Source of the DNA: Craspedostauros australis | Taxonomy: Eukaryota | Direction of reading: 5' to 3' | Assembly: GCA_030167865.1 (NCBI GenBank) | Contig: JALAGF010002610.1 | Location: 1 to 34,470 of the forward strand | Length of the DNA stretch: 34,470 nt | In this document: piece by piece, positions 28,784 to 34,470 of the stretch | How the letters are laid out: each line of letters begins with the position of its first letter | Numbering within the stretch: the stretch's first letter is position 1 | Program-made: the position numbers and the translations under genes | The notes under the pieces: model-generated | The model's input: only the letters and a program-made list of their open reading frames with translations | What the model was told of the DNA's origin: nothing | Databases searched by the model: none

Positions 28784-29837
28784 CCATGTGATGGGCGGTC
28801 AAACTGCATCCAATGGCAGTCCGAGTCCTCTCGATCTCCATCGTCAGGGTCTCCATCGTCTTCTGGTGTGATGGCAAATGTCCTGTGCACTGTTCTGACC
28901 CAACCCTGGTGTTGGAGTCCTTGCTGATGTCCCTTGCTTTCAAGTGCTTTGAAGTGCTTCTCTGGGATTCCTGTGGCCCGCCTCCTTCTCGAGTCCTTCC
29001 CTTCCTGGAAGGCTCCTGTTCGTATTCGCACGTAGTAGTAGTCGTGCAAAGTATTCTTCTCCCCTCTTAGTGGTTGGATGCACCAAATGCCCCTCTCTCG
29101 CCGACTTGTCCCTCGTTGGGTTTGCCCTTGTCTCTCTTCTTCCACCAACTCTCTCGTTGTCCACGATGTCGATGATGTCCACATGATGTCTTCCCATCCC
29201 TCGCTTTGCACGACCAACGCTCTTGATGGTCACAAAAACAATCCCGATTCTTCTTCTTCCACATCGTGTCATCCCAATCACGCAAAAACGAACGGCTCGA
29301 CGAACTCGGAACGAAAATTATGTCGCATGCGACTACCATTACTTATGACAGAGACCTATTGGACAGCAACCGATGGTCACAACACGACTGAGCGGCTTTT
29401 CACGCACGGCCGTTGGACATCCTTCGCGTTGTGTCCACGATCTTGGATTTCAGTTTGTCCACGATGACCACAAAGGAAGATAACCTGCATTCGAATGAGT
29501 CATTCATGATTCAGAAAAGAAACGACAAAATTGCCGAACCTGACCCACAAAATCGTCCATCCACTTTCTTCACTCGTGTCGCGGCACGATGCGAGGACGA
29601 GGATGAGTACGTACATGATCATGACCATGTTCATGTTGTGTGAAGGACGCTGGATCCGCAGCTGTCTTCCAAGGAATGCTTCGGAGTTCTCGAGTCTCCC
29701 ATCGACCGCCTCGCTCTGTACGTCATTCCATTTCATGGTGCGACCATCTCGGTGAAACTACAATTGATTACTTCTCGTTAACGCGCTCTGTTGGTGTCGT
29801 CAAATACCATCTGTGTGATTCGTTTGCTTCGAGGCAC

Positions 29838-31058
29838 CACCGACCCCAAATTCTAACGCACGATGCGAGTCACGTCCCACTCGAACCACCGTTGCACTGG
29901 ATATCCAACGTCACCATCTGATTCCTCAGGAGACCGCTCTCGTCCACCGGAAAGGATACGAAGGGAACGGCCCTCATCTTTATCTGCCGTGCCCACATCT
30001 TTGCGAGCTTCTTCGATCAGCCCGCAACACAGTACAGCCGGTGGGACGATCATAATCGGTGCGAATCCACCAAGCTTGTGCCAGGCTCCTTGAGCCATCA
30101 TCGTTGTCGTCGGTATTCCTGCATCTGCGTCTGCGGCGGTATCTGCGCCTACAACTTTTCCCGTCTCGGCCACAGAAGCGATGGACATGCGCAGATCCTT
30201 CGTCACGATGATCTGGAGATCAGGCCGCTCGTTCTCTTTCATTGACGTCGCAGCGGAAATGGCACAGCTGACGAGCTGCCTCGACAGCGACTCGAACGAC
30301 ACCGGCGTCATGCCCTGGAAGCCTTGGAGTGAGGACAGCACAGCCTTGCCTTGCCTTGCCTTCCGATATCATGTGCCAGCAGACGAGCTGCATCACATTG
30401 TCGGCCATGAACAGCTTCCATCGCTGTCGTGCTTGGGTGGAATCATCAGGCGGTATCACTGATGCTGATGCTGATGCTTTTACTCCTGCCGTTGCCGTGG
30501 ATCCCTTGGGCAATTCTGGAGCTGGATCTGAAACGAGAATGAGAACAGGAACGACCAACCCGTATCGTTTGATGAGCATCCATATCGTGGCTCTCTTGAT
30601 CAGCGCCTTCTTGTCTTTTCACTGCCTCTACCGCCGTCATGGTTTTCCGTAATGGGTTTGTTGATGAACACCTCAAAGTTGATACCGCAATGCACCTTCT
30701 CGAAGTGTTCCCTCACTCTCCATGCCAGCTTTCATACCATCGCTCCACTCGAACGGTTGCTGGAAGAGAAGGACGGAGAGTGCTTGGGATGACGCCGTCT
30801 TCATGTCGTAGGGGTTGTTGAGCAGATCGTAGACGTTCCCTTGTGCCGATGCGATAGATCGCCGATGTAGACTACCGAGAGCTTCCCCGTGTTTCAGCGC
30901 GAGTCCCAGGATAGGCGATGGAAGCCACGTTTGTGGGCACCCGGACACAGCTTAGCTAAATCGCTTCTGATGAATGCGATGGGCATGCTGATCAGTGTCC
31001 TGTTTATCTGAGAATCCAAGCTTTAGGCGCAAACGATCTTGACAATTTGGGGTCGGTG
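29838..31058. repeat. Perfect 15-bp inverted repeat pair: 29838-29852 CACCGACCCCAAATT / 31044-31058 AATTTGGGGTCGGTG
   Basis: The two arms are exact reverse complements and enclose the pseudogene fragment. No target-site duplication is visible. Confidence 0.8.
29853..30900 (-). pseudogene. Frameshifted internal fragment paralogous to the Crinkler-like ORF at 32173..34470
   Basis: Collinear matches across frames (fragment ~ intact ORF): QALSVLLFQQPF ~ RAIAVFLYQSPF; HCGINFEVFINKP ~ DYGLEFENFETDP; TIWMLIKRYGLVVP ~ LMWLLVAKFGLVTP; GMTPVSFESLSRQLVSCAISAA ~ GTTPFAIEMMSTQLINCAIAAA; AWHKLGGFAPI ~ VWEKLAHFVPI. Frameshifts near 30715, 30618 and 30350. Outer boundaries are approximate. Confidence 0.82.
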
Positions 31059-32172
31059 AGCCATCTGCGCAACCATTACAGACGGCTCAAACCGCCTTCA
31101 GTATTCGCGCCCTCGCGCAAGGAAGGTCATGTTGATGCCAATAACTGTTCCATCCATCGTTGGGTGTCATCATGGCTGTGTATCATGTCGCTTCATCGCG
31201 TTCATCTCATGGCCATGGTATGTCATGTGATGCCATGCTGTGCCGTTGCGTTGGTCACCGACCTCCAAACCTCCAAACCTCTCCTCCATCGATGACGACG
31301 ATGGTGCCTGTCAAACGATGTCGAAACAAGTTCGTCAGAATCGACGAATTGACGCCATTGTGAAACACGATTGGAATCCACTCCCGTGACTGAACCTATC
31401 TTCGATGATCTTTCAGAAACCAAACAAAATACGAAGAAACGCAACGATGGCATCATCATCACACAAAGCAACAGATCCGTTGATGAACGGAACAGGATGG
31501 AATGGCAAATGAGAGAAGCAGCATGCGCGAGGCCAACGAACGTAGTGGTTGCAACACAGAGTCGCACGCAGTTCGAGTCCAAATCCAAGTCCAACCCAAC
31601 GCGGCTAAACACTTCGCCATGATGTACGATCGTATTCGCTGCTGTTGATTCCATTGGCCCCTCTTGGATGGTGTACTGCGACTAGTCCATACCCGGCAAG
31701 CAACGCGTTGCCTTCATGAGAGACACTCGTTCCGCAACAGTCCATTCACATCACTCCACTCCTCAACGATCATCGACACGCATCATACCATACTGCAAAC
31801 TCCGCAGCGCCGTGAACGGAGAAGCTACGAAGCAAGGGTCACTCATGTGGTTCATCTCAAGGGATTCTACTCTTATTGTACATATAATAGTTATTCGGAC
31901 TTCCATTTGTGCGATGTGATATGCTGTGTTATGCTGTGATATGCTGTGACCGTCATCGTCGTTTGTCTTTTGGCATTGACCAACATCGCTGAACTTCAAA
32001 ACTGCAGGCCACAGAAGAAGAAGAAGAAGCGGCATGCGCTTTCGTGATGCGAAAGCCATCGGATCGTGGGTTTCCCGACTATCGACCGTATGAGCCACCA
32101 AAAACAACGCGAGTGAATTGGTGGGATTGGGGCGGTGGGAGTCTCGGTGCTGTGTTTCCAGTTTCTGTGGAA

Positions 32173-34470
32173 TCACCTGGCTTCGTACAAGTGTGGCAAC
32201 TCTGAATCATCGACCATGCTTGCATCGTCGCCCATGCTTCCACCGTTGTCCTTGCCTGCACCTTCCGTGCCCGCATCATCGTCTGAAGATCGGCGCGGCT
32301 GCTCGGCCACGCCAACAGCTGCGTTTGGTTGATGACGCAAAACCTTCACGCGAGTTTTTCCATATTTGTGTGTCATCGCTCCGTCGCTGTGGAGGTTTTC
32401 CAATCTTGCCATGGTCCCCGCAAGTAGACGCACGTTATCCACAGGAAGCGATTCGACAGGGATTCGCGCGTCTTCAAGCTGTGGTGCTTTCGGGAAGCTG
32501 ATGGATCGGCTCGAAACACAGTAAAGGCGATGCCGCCCAAGCTCTTCGTCCAGGATTTCGTTGTGCACATTGTTCATGTTCAATTCAAGGTCCGCACACG
32601 ACACCGCTCCGACATAGTCTTGGGATTGGTTGCAAATGGTGAAGATATCGAGGTCTTCGACCCGTAAGATCTGCTTACCATCTTTTTCCTCTTGTGTTAT
32701 TTGGACACCAACACAAGACACGTATCCGTTGGCAAGGTTGCTGGTCCGAGTCGGAAGGGTTGCGATTGGCGGAAAGAACTGCTTTGTGGCAGGCCCGTCC
32801 AACCTAGGCAGCTTGAAAGTCCTTGCTTTGACACGCTTCCGATCTTTCTTCACGTCCCTCAACACCTTGCGCATGTTGTTCGATAGATCGTTGTCGATCG
32901 TCAAGATGGCTGTCTTCTGCCGAAGCTCGAGACGAAGCCGATCATTCACACGTTCGATCGCTCGTAGTTGGGGATCTCCCTCATCGTTCGGCGTCAGCTT
33001 CAGCTTCTTGATGATAACTCTCGTATCCCTTTTCGTTGGATCCTCTACTTCCAAGTTGAAGTTAGACTTGTGGTGGTAGGAACCTTGGAGAGCTTGGGGG
33101 ATGCTGTACGAAATTGGCACGAAGTGAGCAAGTTTCTCCCATACCTCTTGGATTCTTTCATTGACAAGCAGAGGTGTGCCTTTGGGATGTTTCTCCGTTG
33201 TCTTGCCCAACCTGTCGGTGTAAATCTCCAGGTGTGTCTTCAGGATGTGTTGAAGGTTGAGATGGAGTCGTTCCTCAAGTTTGACTGTCATGGCAGCGGC
33301 AATGGCGCAGTTGATCAGCTGAGTTGACATCATCTCAATGGCGAAGGGTGTCGTCCCCGTGAAGGCTTCAATCGACATTGCAGCCTCGCGCCCTGACACC
33401 ATGTAAAGTGACAAGAGCAACATTGCCTCGTCGACTTCGAAAGGCTTGGGGATTGAATTGGTCAAGACTGTCTTGTGTCCTGCCTTGGCATCTTCTTCGT
33501 TGGTAGTTGGTGTCACCAGACCAAACTTCGCGACGAGTAACCACATCAATATTTTCTTGCTGACCTTTCTCTCGTCGGTTCCACCTTTCGAAGACTTGGG
33601 ATCAGTCTCGAAATTTTCGAATTCCAGGCCATAGTCGATGTCTGCAAACTTGCTTGTTGCGACTTCCGCTTCGAGCTCTTGGGGATGGAACGGTGATTGG
33701 TAGAGGAAGACAGCGATCGCCCTTGCTCCTGTCAGCATCATTTCGGATGGAGAATTCTCAAGCGTTCGCATCGAATTGCTTGCGATGAACGCATCAAAGA
33801 CCCAGATCAAGAGTCTGGCCTCCTCATGTGGATACTTGGGAGAGAACGGGGTGGCGTTCATCTCCTTCAACAAGATCGATGTCATCCTCGAATTGTTGTT
33901 GACGATGGTATGAAGAAGAGGGAAGTTGTCGAAATCAGCATAGTTAGGGAGTGGATATCTTTTGGCATATGAATACGCATAGCAGCTGTATTCGTGACAC
34001 AGGACGTTGTAGACATTCTTTTTGTGATTCGGATTTTCTGCGATCGTCTTGACGAGCTGGTAGTTGTCATGCTGAGATCCAACAGCAATCCCGTACACAC
34101 CCGTCCCTGCGATGGAGAAGACGACGTGGACTCGGAATAGGTCGTTGGGATTCTGCTTTGCCTCGCCACGCACACACCGGTTCATGAAGACTTTCCCCAG
34201 GCGCTCTCCAAAGCTCGTGTGGTGGCGAATAATGGACTGAGACATATCTTTGAGGAAGGATGCTTCATCGATGGCCACGACCACTCTGATCACCTTCTTT
34301 GCTGCTTCGGTGAGCTGAACACGCGGGTTTTTTGCTCGATGGTATTTGTTCATCGTCTCGATGAAGTCGACAACTTTGTCAATTGCTGCCTTCGATCGTG
34401 CGGCCGTTTGCACCATGGCCTCCTCGAGCACATTATACGCCGATCTCTTCCGAATCTCTGTCGCCACTTC
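32173..34470 (-). CDS. 5'-truncated ORF (>764 aa), probable Crinkler/CR-type P-loop NTPase plus degenerate restriction-endonuclease-fold domain
   Basis: The frame is open to the window edge. Walker-B-like VVVAIDEA, downstream FSIAGTG, then NSR, and a late LANG...NQSQDY resembling AD...QxKDY. Walker A would lie outside the window. Coding status is well supported; the family call is moderate. Confidence 0.65.
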   Translation of the reverse strand, partial: EVATEIRKRSAYNVLEEAMVQTAARSKAAIDKVVDFIETMNKYHRAKNPRVQLTEAAKKVIRVVVAIDEASFLKDMSQSIIRHHTSFGERLGKVFMNRCVRGEAKQNPNDLFRVHVVFSIAGTGVYGIAVGSQHDNYQLVKTIAENPNHKKNVYNVLCHEYSCYAYSYAKRYPLPNYADFDNFPLLHTIVNNNSRMTSILLKEMNATPFSPKYPHEEARLLIWVFDAFIASNSMRTLENSPSEMMLTGARAIAVFLYQSPFHPQELEAEVATSKFADIDYGLEFENFETDPKSSKGGTDERKVSKKILMWLLVAKFGLVTPTTNEEDAKAGHKTVLTNSIPKPFEVDEAMLLLSLYMVSGREAAMSIEAFTGTTPFAIEMMSTQLINCAIAAAMTVKLEERLHLNLQHILKTHLEIYTDRLGKTTEKHPKGTPLLVNERIQEVWEKLAHFVPISYSIPQALQGSYHHKSNFNLEVEDPTKRDTRVIIKKLKLTPNDEGDPQLRAIERVNDRLRLELRQKTAILTIDNDLSNNMRKVLRDVKKDRKRVKARTFKLPRLDGPATKQFFPPIATLPTRTSNLANGYVSCVGVQITQEEKDGKQILRVEDLDIFTICNQSQDYVGAVSCADLELNMNNVHNEILDEELGRHRLYCVSSRSISFPKAPQLEDARIPVESLPVDNVRLLAGTMARLENLHSDGAMTHKYGKTRVKVLRHQPNAAVGVAEQPRRSSDDDAGTEGAGKDNGGSMGDDASMVDDSELPHLYEAR

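Noticed and set aside
28554-28943. Poly-His N-terminal extension of the 1776-aa ORF
   Set aside because: The His run comes from a (CAT)n microsatellite, the ORF-track start is TTG, and the signal peptide begins at 28553. Upstream in-frame ATGs exist, so the extension is unlikely but not excluded.

Overview
Eukaryotic, intron-poor DNA, most likely from a pennate diatom. This rests on ASAFAP-like bipartite presequences, RXL/LRG propeptide motifs and diatom-style low-complexity proteins; the species cannot be determined. In order, the window holds: two tandem paralogous secreted Cys-repeat proteins (one with an RQL + five-lysine KXXK cluster), a signal-peptide HSP20, UGGT, a bacterial-like ABM-barrel protein, a probable GPI-anchored protein, a CANT1-type apyrase, a spliced RPL29 missed by the ORF track, a plastid-targeted alpha/beta hydrolase, and a ~1650-aa type I membrane protein with EF-hand-like repeats and a 20-aa Tyr/Ser/acidic repeat tail. 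At the right end is a Crinkler-like NTPase+nuclease ORF cut by the window edge, with a frameshifted paralogous fragment beside it that is bracketed by a perfect 15-bp inverted repeat. All family calls are from motif recognition by eye; no searches were run.
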